Positions 18,981 to 28,113 of a stretch of 64,000 nucleotides of DNA are shown here, piece after piece (the stretch's first letter is position 1; the number at the start of each line of letters is the position of its first letter). The notes under the pieces were generated by a model that saw nothing but the letters and a program-made list of their open reading frames with translations, did not search any database and was not told where the DNA came from. The stretch covers positions 448,001 to 512,000 of the forward strand of contig JANVYR010000001.1 in assembly GCA_030059665.1 (NCBI GenBank), given 5' to 3'. Source of the DNA: Candidatus Calditenuis fumarioli. GTDB taxonomy: Archaea; Thermoproteota; Nitrososphaeria_A; Caldarchaeales; Calditenuaceae. The translations under genes were made by a program, and so were the position numbers.

Positions 18981-19940
18981 TCATCTGCCGAAGTGGGACC
19001 ACCCGAGCTCCGGTACCTGGACGACCGCTCCGTCCTGAACCCTCCAGACGCCGCGGCCCTCAACCACCCTGCCGATCACTATGAGCTCGCAGCCCACTGA
19101 TGCCAGCTCCTCCCTCAGCTGCCGTTCGTTCGAGGGATCGAACGTGATGATCAGCTCGTACTCCTCCCCTCCTCCGAGGACGAGCCTCTCCGGGTCGAGG
19201 CCGTGGGCAAGGGCGTAGCGCGTCACCTCATCGTCGACCGGTAGCCTTTCGATCAGGTAGCCGAGGCCGCTATTCCTCGACATGTCGTACAGAGACCTCG
19301 CCAGGCCGTCGCTCGAGTCGATCATCGCCGTCGCGTACCGGGACGCAACCGCACCGGCCTCGATCCTCGCTACGGGCCAAAGGAAGGACCTCCTCAGGGC
19401 CTCCCACGAATGGTCCAAGTCTCGGGTCAAGATCGAGTGGAGCCCCGCAGCGGCCCTCCCGAAGGTCCCCGTCACGCCGATCAGGTCGCCCGGTCTCGAT
19501 CCACCGCGGGGGACCGGCCTCTCGGCCTCCCCGAGCGCGAAGACCCCCAACACCAGGTCCCTGCAGGAGTTGGTGTCGCCGCCCGCGACCATCACCGAGT
19601 ACCTGTCGCGCGCCATCTCGATGCCGCTCCAGATCCGCTTGAGCTCGTCGAGCTCCATCTCCGGGGGCAGGCCCATCTCCACAAACACGAGGACCGGCCT
19701 CGCACCGGTCGCTGCCAGGTCGCTGAGCGATGCGGTCACCGCCTTCCACCCTACGCTCTCCATCGGAGCCCCAGGCGGGACGTCGGTGCTGCCGACGAGC
19801 ATGTCTCCCGTGACCACGACCCTTCCCCGTGGCAGGTAGTCGACGCCGTCGTCGCCCGGCCTCAGGTGACCTCCGGCGAAGGAGAGCCGCGGGATCAGGT
19901 AGTCCAGGATCGCCCGCTCGCCGACCTCGGACAGCCTCAA
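18981..19940 (-). CDS. thiL: Thiamine-monophosphate kinase
   Basis: GDDG, GWKAVTASLSDLAATGA, GGDTN, DSSDGL, GGEEYEL. Confidence 0.93.
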   Translation of the reverse strand: MRLSEVGERAILDYLIPRLSFAGGHLRPGDDGVDYLPRGRVVVTGDMLVGSTDVPPGAPMESVGWKAVTASLSDLAATGARPVLVFVEMGLPPEMELDELKRIWSGIEMARDRYSVMVAGGDTNSCRDLVLGVFALGEAERPVPRGGSRPGDLIGVTGTFGRAAAGLHSILTRDLDHSWEALRRSFLWPVARIEAGAVASRYATAMIDSSDGLARSLYDMSRNSGLGYLIERLPVDDEVTRYALAHGLDPERLVLGGGEEYELIITFDPSNERQLREELASVGCELIVIGRVVEGRGVWRVQDGAVVQVPELGWSHFGR

Positions 19941-19995
19941 CGACCATCACGTCCCATCAGCATGTGTTAAGGGTGATATCGCCAACCACGGAGAT

Positions 19996-20045
19996 TGTTA
20001 CGTAACATACGTAAGATATTTAAGCGGTAAACGGTTAAATACGTA
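19996..20045. promoter_or_regulatory. Palindromic operator-like site in the divergent thiL / pok promoter
   Basis: Perfect 12-bp palindrome TGTTACGTAACA (19996-20007) and three TACGTA hexamers within 47 bp, in an AT-rich intergenic region. Confidence 0.5.
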
Positions 20046-20059
20046 CCACTATATACTGG

Positions 20060-20944
20060 GTGAGGTTGCGCCTGAAAAGGCAGGAGGAGCTGGCGATCCC
20101 CTCGCACGTCACCGGCTTCTTCGTCCCGAGGTGGGCGAGCGATCCGCTTGAGACCGGTTCGGTGGGCGCGGGGCTGGTACTGGAACCCGGGATCTCCTTC
20201 GGCTACAGGCGCTCCGGGAGGAGCTCGGTCAGGCTGAACGGTCAGGAGTTCCGGTCCGTGGCCTTGATGGGGCTCCTGCCTCAGGGGATCGAGGTCCGGG
20301 TCAGGTCCGAGCTCCCGGTCGGTGCGGGGTACGCGATGAGCGCATCGCTCGCTCTGGCGTGCTCCATCTCAGCGGAGCTTGCGGCCGGAGGGCTCGACCT
20401 GCTCGGGGCCTTCAGGAGGGCCCACGTCGCGGAGGTACGGGCGATGACGGGCCTGGGCGACGTGCTCGCGCTGCACGGAGGCCGTGGGCTAGTGGTCCGC
20501 CTGAAGCCCGGCGCTCCGGGGATCGGTGAGGTCCAGGTGATAGACGTGCCGGAGGACGTGGTCGTCGTGAGCGCGGTCCTCGGAAGCATGTCGACGACGG
20601 AGATGCTGACGAGGTACGCTGACAGGATCAGGCACCACGGCTCGGAGGCCTTCAGACGGTTCCTCTCCGACCCATCCCTCGAGAGGTTCCTGGAGTGCTC
20701 GCGGGACTTCGCCAGGGGCGTCGGCTTCCTCACGCCGGATCTGGAGGAGCGCGTCCTGCCCATCCGTGACCTGCTCCTCGGTTACTCGGTGAAGAAGCGC
20801 GTCCTCTTCGCGGTAACGCCTCTCAAGCACCTGGAAGAGGTCGCATCGCACCTCTCCTCCGAGTTCGGCCAGGTTAGGGTCCAGAGGGTGGGTGACGGGA
20901 CTTGGTTGAGATACCTCGAAGCCATCCTCGCTATCGCTCGCTGA
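20060..20944 (+). CDS. pok: Pantoate kinase (GHMP family)
   Basis: PSHVTGFF, GSVGAG, LPVGAGYAMSA, AHVAEV...GLGDV, GAPG.G. Confidence 0.9.
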   Translation: MRLRLKRQEELAIPSHVTGFFVPRWASDPLETGSVGAGLVLEPGISFGYRRSGRSSVRLNGQEFRSVALMGLLPQGIEVRVRSELPVGAGYAMSASLALACSISAELAAGGLDLLGAFRRAHVAEVRAMTGLGDVLALHGGRGLVVRLKPGAPGIGEVQVIDVPEDVVVVSAVLGSMSTTEMLTRYADRIRHHGSEAFRRFLSDPSLERFLECSRDFARGVGFLTPDLEERVLPIRDLLLGYSVKKRVLFAVTPLKHLEEVASHLSSEFGQVRVQRVGDGTWLRYLEAILAIAR

Positions 20945-21678
20945 TGGAGAGGGAGCGGATCGTCAAGGGTCTGACCTCGGGGATCGTGGTCCCTGAGGGG
21001 TTGCTGGCCCACGGCAGGGGCGAGGCACTCGACTACCTTCTGGGGGAGGAGACGACGCCGGTCGCGATGGAGGCGATCAAGGCCGCGGCGGCCCTTCTGC
21101 TTCTCTCCCGGAGACCCGTGATATCCGTCAACGGAAACGCTGCAGCGCTGGTGGGAGAGGAGCTGGTGAGGCTATCGAGGGAGCTGGGCGCACCGCTCGA
21201 GGTCAACCTGTTCTACCGATCGGCCGATCGAATCCGGAGGATAAAGGAGCACCTGCTCTCCCTCGGCGCGGAGGAGGTCCTGACCGCCGAGGAGGACCTG
21301 GTAGAGGTCCCCGGACTCGAGAGCGCCCGGCGCCTGGTCAGCAGGAGGGGCATCTACTCGGCCGACACGGTGCTCGTCATGATGGAGGACGGCGACCGGA
21401 CCGAGAAGCTCGTGGCCATGGGAAAGAAGGTGATCGCGGTGGACCTGAACCCGCTCTCGAGGACGGCGAGGGCCGCGACCATCACGATCGTCGACAACGT
21501 CACCAGGTGCATACCTCTGCTGAGGGAGCGCGTTGCCGAGATGAGGCGGCTCAGCAGGGAGGAGCTGGATTCGATCGTCCGGGGCTTCGACAACCAGCGG
21601 AACCTGAGGGAGTCGATCGCCCTGATCTCGAAAAGGCTGGCACGCCTCTCGGGTTATGAGGAGCCGCTCTCGGACTGA
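20902..21678 (+). CDS. pps: 4-phosphopantoate--beta-alanine ligase
   Basis: IPRSHPRY.SL, LAHGRGEALDYLLGE, SVNGN, EDGDRTE.L, DLNPLSRT. Confidence 0.92.
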   Translation: MVEIPRSHPRYRSLMERERIVKGLTSGIVVPEGLLAHGRGEALDYLLGEETTPVAMEAIKAAAALLLLSRRPVISVNGNAAALVGEELVRLSRELGAPLEVNLFYRSADRIRRIKEHLLSLGAEEVLTAEEDLVEVPGLESARRLVSRRGIYSADTVLVMMEDGDRTEKLVAMGKKVIAVDLNPLSRTARAATITIVDNVTRCIPLLRERVAEMRRLSREELDSIVRGFDNQRNLRESIALISKRLARLSGYEEPLSD

Positions 21679-21681
21679 GGT

Positions 21682-22554
21682 GTGTCGGGCCTGACGGAGA
21701 AGCTTACCGCTCGGGACGTGATCCGGATGAAGGCGAAGGGCAGGCGCATCGCGATGATCACCGCCTACGACTACCCCACCGCGAGGCTCGCGGACGAAGC
21801 AGGCGTTGACGTGATACTGGTGGGAGACTCGGCGGCCATGGTCGTGCTCGGCATGAAAGACACGAGGTTCATCGGGATGGAGGAGATGCTGGTCTTCTGC
21901 AGGGCCGTCAGCCGAGCGGTGAGCAGGGCCCTCGTGGTGGGAGACATGCCGTTCATGAGCTACCAGGCCTCCACCGAGCAGGCGGTCCTGAACGCGGGTC
22001 GGATGGTGAGGGAGGGAGGCGTCGACGCGGTGAAGATCGAGGGCGGCCGGGAGTACGCGGACGTCGTGAGGGCCATCGTGAGGGCCGGGATTCCCGTGAT
22101 GGGCCACGTCGGGATGACCCCGCAGTCGGCAGCTTCCTCAACCGGCTTCAGGCTTCGTGGCAAGACCGCTGAGGAGGCCGAAGCGATAGTGCGCGATGCG
22201 GAGGAGATCGCCAGAGCGGGGGCCTTCTCGATCGTGCTGGAGTTCACCACCGCGGAGGTGGCAGAGTACCTCTCCGAGACCCTCGAGATACCGGTTATAG
22301 GCGTCGGAGCGGGGCCTCGATGCGACGGCCAGGTCCTGGTGCTGCACGACGTGCTCGGCCTCTACGAGAACTCTCCACCCTTCGCGAAGAGGTACGCCGA
22401 CCTGAGGTCAGAGGTCCTCGGCGCGATCAGACGGTACGTCGAGGAGGTCCGGAGCGGCGCCTTCCCTGACGAAGGTAGGTTCTGGAGGATGGGAGACGAG
22501 GAGAGGGAGGAGCTGAGGAGGAGGCTGGCGCGGAGAGAGGGCGGCGCCGGTTGA
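21682..22554 (+). CDS. panB: 3-methyl-2-oxobutanoate hydroxymethyltransferase
   Basis: MITAYD, LVGDS, DMPF.SY, AVKIEGG, GHVGMTPQ, DGQVLV.HD.LG. Confidence 0.95.
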   Translation: MSGLTEKLTARDVIRMKAKGRRIAMITAYDYPTARLADEAGVDVILVGDSAAMVVLGMKDTRFIGMEEMLVFCRAVSRAVSRALVVGDMPFMSYQASTEQAVLNAGRMVREGGVDAVKIEGGREYADVVRAIVRAGIPVMGHVGMTPQSAASSTGFRLRGKTAEEAEAIVRDAEEIARAGAFSIVLEFTTAEVAEYLSETLEIPVIGVGAGPRCDGQVLVLHDVLGLYENSPPFAKRYADLRSEVLGAIRRYVEEVRSGAFPDEGRFWRMGDEEREELRRRLARREGGAG

Positions 22555-23441
22555 GCGTCACGCGGATCGCGAGGGGCGTCTACCTGATCGACACCGCGCC
22601 CCAGGTCCTACCAAGGGCCGTCGCATGCTACCTGGTCCGGGGTGAGAGGGGGGCTGCGCTCATCGATGTGGGTTACAGGTCGACCCACCCCCAGGTCCTC
22701 TCGGCCCTCAGACAACTCGGAGTCGGCTCGCGGGATCTCAAATGGGTCGTTCTGACGCACGTTCACCTCGACCACTGCGGCGCCGTCGCGGAGGTCCTCG
22801 AGAGGCATCCCGGAGCGAACGTCCTCGTCCACCAGAGGGGCAGGAGGCACCTCGTCTCACCGGAGAAGTTGATCGAGTCTGCCAGGTCCCTCTTCGGCGA
22901 CGAGGCCCTGCGCAGAATGGGAGGCCTTGGGTCGGTTCCCGAGGAGCGGGTGTGGATAGCGGAGGAGGACGGCGAGCTCGACCTCGGAGGCGTCTTCCTG
23001 AGGACCTTTGGGACACCTGGTCACGCTCCGCATCACGTCTCGGTCCTGATAGAGCCACACCGATACGTCGTCACCGGCGATGCGGTCTCCAGCAGGGGAC
23101 CGAGGTTTCCCGAGCCTTTACCCGACACGGCCCCTCCTCAGTTCAGCTACGACGACGCGGTCAACAGCGTCAAGAGGATCTACGAGCACGGGCCGCGCCT
23201 TCTGCTCCTCTCCCACTACGGCCCTTACCTGGCCCATGAGGGAGGTGCCGATGAGGAGCTGGAGCTCCTGAGGGGGTGGGTGGAGAGGGTTAGGGCCCTC
23301 AAGGCCAGCGGACTGGATCCGTTCGCGATGACAGAGTTGATCGCCAAAGAGATTGAGACGAGGAGCCGGTCCACGCTGGACACGGTCGCGAGAGGCGCGG
23401 TGCTGATGTCGGTTCTGGGCGTCTACCTCGCGCTCCCCTGA
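22551..23441 (+). CDS. MBL-fold metallo-hydrolase
   Basis: LTHVHLDHCGA, TPGHAPHH, TGDA, SHYG. Confidence 0.9.
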   Translation: MSVTRIARGVYLIDTAPQVLPRAVACYLVRGERGAALIDVGYRSTHPQVLSALRQLGVGSRDLKWVVLTHVHLDHCGAVAEVLERHPGANVLVHQRGRRHLVSPEKLIESARSLFGDEALRRMGGLGSVPEERVWIAEEDGELDLGGVFLRTFGTPGHAPHHVSVLIEPHRYVVTGDAVSSRGPRFPEPLPDTAPPQFSYDDAVNSVKRIYEHGPRLLLLSHYGPYLAHEGGADEELELLRGWVERVRALKASGLDPFAMTELIAKEIETRSRSTLDTVARGAVLMSVLGVYLALP

Positions 23442-23578
23442 ACCGCTCTCCTCTTCAGCTCCTCCGCCCTGCTCGTCAGTTTCTCCTTGAGCTGCTGAAT
23501 CCTCTCCTCCACGAACCTCGACAGCTCCTCGAAGGCCCTGCTCAGCTCGGCCTCGGCGCTCACGACCTCCCCTTGCAT
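23423..23578 (-). CDS. 51-aa charged helical protein (MQGEVVSAEAELSRAFEELSRFVEERIQQLKEKLTSRAEELKRRAVQGSAR); not in ORF track
   Basis: ATG at 23578, TAG at 23423-23425; host-like GAG/AGG/CTG codon usage; fills an otherwise empty gap. Confidence 0.55.
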   Translation of the reverse strand: MQGEVVSAEAELSRAFEELSRFVEERIQQLKEKLTSRAEELKRRAVQGSAR

Positions 23579-23588
23579 CGGGTTTGAT

Positions 23589-23834
23589 TTAATCCTGCTG
23601 ATCTCGGGGTAGCATGCGCCTCAGCGCCAGCAGCACAAAGAGCAGGAGGGGCAGGGCGAGGAGGAGGATCAGAGGAAGATGCTGGCCGTCGGTGACGATG
23701 ATCGGAACCGGCCCGATCAGTATGATCCCGAATCCCCTCACCTCGGCGCCGCTGGCAGCGAGGAGCGCGATCAGCGCGATGACCCCCGAAAGGATCAGAA
23801 CGAATCCCAGAGCGACTAAAACTCCAGCCCTCAT
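23589..23834 (-). CDS. DUF131 (TIGR00304-like) small membrane protein
   Basis: Two TMs with G.G.ILIGPVPI motif. Confidence 0.75.
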   Translation of the reverse strand: MRAGVLVALGFVLILSGVIALIALLAASGAEVRGFGIILIGPVPIIVTDGQHLPLILLLALPLLLFVLLALRRMLPRDQQD

Positions 23835-23835
23835 C

Positions 23836-24090
23836 TCAACTCAGCAACGCGTAAAGGAAGAGGAGCAGGGCAGCGGCCGCCAGGAGGAACGCCACCAGCG
23901 CAACCCTCGCACCTCCCCTCACCACCAGCGGTATCGGCCCCAGCAGCAGAACGACGATCCCCCGAGACCTCCGGTCGCCGGCTCCAGCGGTCGAAAGGGC
24001 CCCCAGGAGCACCAGCAAGAAACCCGTCGCTATCAGGACTAGCGCGGCAACGAGGATCGCGGCGAACTCGAGCGGGTTGAGGGGCGTCAT
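23836..24090 (-). CDS. DUF131-like small membrane protein (paralog)
   Basis: GIVVLLLGPIPLV motif; start refined to ATG 24090. Confidence 0.7.
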   Translation of the reverse strand: MTPLNPLEFAAILVAALVLIATGFLLVLLGALSTAGAGDRRSRGIVVLLLGPIPLVVRGGARVALVAFLLAAAALLLFLYALLS

Positions 24091-24566
24091 GCCTTCTCGA
24101 GCACCGCGAACGTCCCCAGCAACCCGATCTTCAGGTCCAGCACCTTGAAGGGAACCCTTTCGGTCAAAGCCTTCCTGATCCTGCGCCTGAGCCCTATCGA
24201 GAGAGGGCCTGTCCGCTGGAAGACGACGCACCTCCCTCCATGCCTCAGCAAACGGTAGGCCTCGTTGATCAGCTCCTTCTTCCCCAGCACCTCTCCCAGA
24301 GCATTCAGGATCAACGCTGCGTCGAACGTCGAAGGCGCGAGCTCCGGGTTGTGTTCTATGACGGGCGAGTAGACGACCTCAACGTTCGCGAACCCCGATA
24401 GCGCTCTCCGGGCGGTCTCGGCCTTCGCCTCGGAGTTGGTCAGTATCAGCAGCCGGCCGCGCTTTCCGATGCTGGTGAGTAGCCTCCGCGGAACTTCCGG
24501 ACCGTCGAACCCGAATTGGACCACCCTCGTCCCTTCGCTGAGGTTGAGGGTGGCGAGGAGGTCCAC
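24087..24566 (-). CDS. Class I SAM-methyltransferase-like protein with degenerate motif I
   Basis: GTRVVQFGFDG, FDAALILNAL, EAYRLLRHGGRCVV. Confidence 0.55.
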   Translation of the reverse strand: MDLLATLNLSEGTRVVQFGFDGPEVPRRLLTSIGKRGRLLILTNSEAKAETARRALSGFANVEVVYSPVIEHNPELAPSTFDAALILNALGEVLGKKELINEAYRLLRHGGRCVVFQRTGPLSIGLRRRIRKALTERVPFKVLDLKIGLLGTFAVLEKA

Positions 24567-24570
24567 GCTC

Positions 24571-25008
24571 TCACCCCATCGGCCTCACCTGGTTGACGGG
24601 GACCGAGATCGGGAACGGGTAGGAGCTCTCGAGGAGCTCGAGCGTCACCTCCTTCCTCATCCGGTCAACCCTCGTCACCTTGCCCGTGAAGCCCTTGAAG
24701 GGCCCCGCGATCACCTCGACCGTCATCCCCTCGGAGATCGTCTCGATCAGCGGCCTCTCCACCAGGTGCTTCGAGACCTCGCTGACGTCCACCTGAACGG
24801 GCGCCCTGGACTTGACGTGTCTGACGTCCCGGACCAGCTCCGCAACTACCTCCCTCTCCGTCCCCTCGACGAAGACGAAGCCCCTCAGCGTCGGCAGAAC
24901 GACTATCGCGTGGACGTTCCTCGATGACTCAGGTATCCTCCCCTCGATCATGACGGCCACGTTCCTCTCGTGACCCGCGGTGGTCCTGATCGCGAACAGC
25001 TTGCCCAT
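24571..25008 (-). CDS. spt5: Transcription elongation factor Spt5/NusG
   Basis: LFAIRTTAGHE.NVA, LRGFVFVEG, KOW motif VEVIAGPFKG. Start ATG 25008 or GTG 25035. Confidence 0.93.
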   Translation of the reverse strand: MGKLFAIRTTAGHERNVAVMIEGRIPESSRNVHAIVVLPTLRGFVFVEGTEREVVAELVRDVRHVKSRAPVQVDVSEVSKHLVERPLIETISEGMTVEVIAGPFKGFTGKVTRVDRMRKEVTLELLESSYPFPISVPVNQVRPMG

Positions 25009-25098
25009 TCCCCTCTCCCTGACCCTAACCCTCACTCTTAAATTCTCTTAAAAGGGAAGCGGTTGGAACAGCCAAGCTGGACCTGTTGTGTGGCGGCG

Positions 25099-25266
25099 TC
25101 ACCCGAGAACCGCGAGGAAGACGAACCTCACGATCATGGAGATCAGGCCCAGAACGGCTATCCCGATCAGCACTATCCTACCGAGGACGGAGTACTCCTC
25201 CCAGGTCGGCTTCCTGGAGACCCTGAAGAGGACGACGACCGACCTCGCGAACTCCCTGATGCCCAT
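25099..25266 (-). CDS. secE: Protein translocase subunit SecE/Sec61-gamma (55 aa; not in ORF track)
   Basis: MGIREFARSVVVLFRVSRKPTWEEYSVLGRIVLIGIAVLGLISMIV...: RKPT.EEY motif plus one TM; upstream of spt5. Confidence 0.9.
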   Translation of the reverse strand: MGIREFARSVVVLFRVSRKPTWEEYSVLGRIVLIGIAVLGLISMIVRFVFLAVLG

Positions 25267-25315
25267 TCCCGGCTTCAGCTCACAGATCTGCGGTATATTT
25301 GGTTGAGGTGCGGTG

Positions 25316-26293
25316 TCAGTAGACGGCGTACGGCGCCACGAACCTGTCCAGGTGCCGAATCCTCTTCGCGGGGTGCGGGTGCGTGCTGAAGAGGTCCGCC
25401 AGCGCGCTGACCTTCATCCTCCTGAAGCTCTCCACGGCCTGGTCGAGGTCGATCGACGGGTCGATAGCGGCCTCGGGGTCCGAGATGAAGAACATCTTCA
25501 GCGTCTCGTGCTTGACCCTCGCGGACGGCGGGAGCCTGCCGCTCAGCGCCATTATCCTGACGAGGGCCCGCTGGAGCTTCCGCGCGCCATCGGGGACCAC
25601 CATTGCGGCGTGCGAATCTGCGTAGTACTCCCGGAGCCTGCTCATCAGGAAGACGAAGATGTTGAAGACGAAGCTCAGCACCATCAGCGCTATCCCGGTC
25701 AGGACGGCGTAGGCGGGTCCGCCGTTGCGCCTGCCTCCTGCACCGAAGAGGCCGGAGAGGTAGAGGCTGTAGCCGATGTAGTAGATCACCGCAGGTATCA
25801 GGCTGATCATCAGCATCACCATCACGTCCCTGTGCTTCAGGTGACCCACCTCGTGCGCAAGGACCGCCTCGAGCTCGTCCCTCGGCATCCTCCGGAGAAT
25901 CCCCCGCGTAACGGCGACCATCGGGCCGGTGAGCGGGCTACCGTAGGCGAAGGCGTTCGGGAGATCGATCTCGGCCACCATCACCTTCGGCTCCCTGCTT
26001 AGGCCGCTCCTCCTCGCCAGCTCCCTAACCGACTCGTAGAGCCAGGACTCGGACACAGGGTCTGCAGGCCGCACGTGATAGACCGCGTTGATCATGTACG
26101 GTCCGAAGAGCCACTGGAGGACGTTGATGGCCACCACCGTCGCGAACATCAGGTAGACGTACGATACCGGGAGGCCCAGGTAGAGCATGATGGCCGTGAG
26201 GATCAGCGTCGCGAGCCCCACCACTGCGAACCATACCCCGACCATCGTGAACCTCAGCTTAGCCAGCGAGACCCTGGCAACCTCGGTCGCCAA
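25316..26293 (-). CDS. htpX: Zinc metalloprotease HtpX (M48)
   Basis: PNAFAYG, LAHEVGHLKH, SRLREYYAD, FSTHP. Confidence 0.93.
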   Translation of the reverse strand: MATEVARVSLAKLRFTMVGVWFAVVGLATLILTAIMLYLGLPVSYVYLMFATVVAINVLQWLFGPYMINAVYHVRPADPVSESWLYESVRELARRSGLSREPKVMVAEIDLPNAFAYGSPLTGPMVAVTRGILRRMPRDELEAVLAHEVGHLKHRDVMVMLMISLIPAVIYYIGYSLYLSGLFGAGGRRNGGPAYAVLTGIALMVLSFVFNIFVFLMSRLREYYADSHAAMVVPDGARKLQRALVRIMALSGRLPPSARVKHETLKMFFISDPEAAIDPSIDLDQAVESFRRMKVSALADLFSTHPHPAKRIRHLDRFVAPYAVY

Positions 26294-26449
26294 CCGGCAT
26301 CACCGTCCTCGTAGTCCCCGAGCCTGCGTATTAGAATTAAGCGTGCCACCGAGCTCCGGTTATGAAATCCTAAATTAGTGGGTCTCAGCATAACAGTCAT
26401 TCCCGCGGATAGCTGGACTGGCACGGGCTTCGGCGGACCTATTGAAGAG

Positions 26450-26521
26450 AGCCCGGGGCGGGACTCGAACCCGCGTGAAGCGGCTCTGCAGGCCGCCGCC
26501 TCGCCGCTCGGCCACCCGGGC
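26450..26521 (-). tRNA. trnC: tRNA-Cys(GCA), intronless
   Basis: GCCCGGGTGGCCGAGCGGCGAGGCGGCGGCCTGCAGAGCCGCTTCACGCGGGTTCGAGTCCCGCCCCGGGCT: cloverleaf, GCA anticodon, U discriminator. Confidence 0.95.
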
Positions 26522-26622
26522 CCCTCACCACACCTCAGACACTCGATAAAAACGTGAGGTTGACGGATTGGCGTCCCAAAGCCCTCCCTCCACAGGCCTC
26601 GGGTCCGAAGGTGACGATTTCG

Positions 26623-26658
26623 CGTCCATGCCCACGGAATATAGCCGTGAGATGGACG
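26623..26658. promoter_or_regulatory. Imperfect inverted repeat upstream of the trp operon promoter
   Basis: CGTCCAT-GCC-CACGG/AATATAG/CCGTG-AG-ATGGACG; TATA-like TTGATATA at 26670-26677. Confidence 0.45.
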
Positions 26659-26709
26659 AGCCCGACACGTTGATATACTGTTCCGATGACGGCGTAGCCG
26701 CAATGGTCG

Positions 26710-28113
26710 GTGGTCGTCTTTGGGCTCGTGCGCGATGAAACCGCCTTCTCGGTGAGCCGACTCGAGCGCTCCCCGGATCTGCTGTCGCTTCTGAAGGCCC
26801 TTCGTGAAGAACACGAGGACGTGGTTCTGCTGGAGTCGGCCGAAGGGCCCAGGCCGCTGGCGGAGTACAGCTTCCTCGCCTTCGATCCGAGAGCGGTGAT
26901 CGAGGTCGGTCATGACTCCGTCACGAGGGTCTACGTTGAGGGCCAGCTGGTGGAGGAGCTCGAGGGCGATCCGCTGGAGCACCTCAAGGCGCTCACGAAG
27001 CCCGTGCTGCCCCAGCAGGTGACCCCGAGGCTCGCGGGAGGCGCGATAGGCTTCGTCTCATACGATGCGGCGTTCGTCTGGAACGAGTGCGAGGTCTCCC
27101 GACGGGACTCAGGGTTCCCGCTGATGAGGTTCGGGATCTTCGAGAAGGTCGTGGTCGTGGACCACGTAACGGGGACGGCTTACCTCTGCAATTTGGGTGA
27201 CAGTGGCCGCGTTGACGGGCTGGAGAGGGCTCTCAGGGAGGCCGCGAACAGCGACGGTCTGGAGCTCGGAGACCCGGGCTGCGAGGTCGTGGGTCACGGA
27301 TCCGACAGGGACCGCTTTTTGCGCGCCGTCGAGGAGGCTAAGGACCACATAGCTCGTGGCGACGTCTTCCAGGTGGTGATCTCCAGGAGGGTGGAGCTGC
27401 GGGTCACCGGTGACCTGCTCGGTTTCTACGCCGCCCTCAGGAGGATCAACCCTTCTCCGTACATGTACCTACTGAGGTTGGGAGATGTGGAACTTGCCGG
27501 TTCGAGCCCGGAGATGCTTGTGCGCGTCGAGGGCAGGAGGGTGACGACCTTCCCGATCGCGGGGACGAGGAGGAGGGAGAGGGATCCCGTGGCGGAGGAG
27601 ATCTCGGACGCTCAGCTTCTCTCGGACGAGAAGGAGCTGGCGGAGCACGTGATGCTCGTGGACCTCGCCCGGAACGACCTGGGGAGGGTCTCGGTACCAG
27701 GGAGCGTCAACGTGGCGGAGCTGATGAGGCTCATGAAGTACAGCCACGTTAAGCACCTCGTCTCACGCGTTGAGGGGACGCTCAGGGAGGGGCTGGGGCC
27801 GCTGGACGCCTTCGTCTCCGTCTTCCCCGCGGGGACCGTGACGGGCGCACCGAAGCTGAGGGCGATGGAGATCATCGACGAGCTGGAGCCTGATCCCCGG
27901 GGCCCGTATGCCGGTGCGGTGGGATACATCTCGTTCAACGGATGCGCGGACTTCGCGATCGCGATCAGGACGCTCTTCAGGAAGGGCGATATCGCGTTCG
28001 TTCAGGCAGGCGCTGGGATCGTGTGGGACTCGGATCCCGAGCGGGAGTACCTCGAGACGGAGGCGAAGCTCATGGCCCTGCTGGAGGCCGCGAAGGGGGT
28101 GATGCGCGGTTGA
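26710..28113 (+). CDS. trpE: Anthranilate synthase component I
   Basis: LLES, GD.FQVVISRR, NPSPYMY, SSPEML, PIAGTR, EHVMLVDLARND. Confidence 0.94.
   Translation: MVVFGLVRDETAFSVSRLERSPDLLSLLKALREEHEDVVLLESAEGPRPLAEYSFLAFDPRAVIEVGHDSVTRVYVEGQLVEELEGDPLEHLKALTKPVLPQQVTPRLAGGAIGFVSYDAAFVWNECEVSRRDSGFPLMRFGIFEKVVVVDHVTGTAYLCNLGDSGRVDGLERALREAANSDGLELGDPGCEVVGHGSDRDRFLRAVEEAKDHIARGDVFQVVISRRVELRVTGDLLGFYAALRRINPSPYMYLLRLGDVELAGSSPEMLVRVEGRRVTTFPIAGTRRRERDPVAEEISDAQLLSDEKELAEHVMLVDLARNDLGRVSVPGSVNVAELMRLMKYSHVKHLVSRVEGTLREGLGPLDAFVSVFPAGTVTGAPKLRAMEIIDELEPDPRGPYAGAVGYISFNGCADFAIAIRTLFRKGDIAFVQAGAGIVWDSDPEREYLETEAKLMALLEAAKGVMRG

Noticed and set aside
26379-26441. Nested stems (GGTC/GACC, CAGTC/GACTG) next to tRNA-Cys, suggesting an H/ACA guide RNA
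   Set aside because: No K-turn and no ACA tail on either strand; short stems are expected at this GC content.
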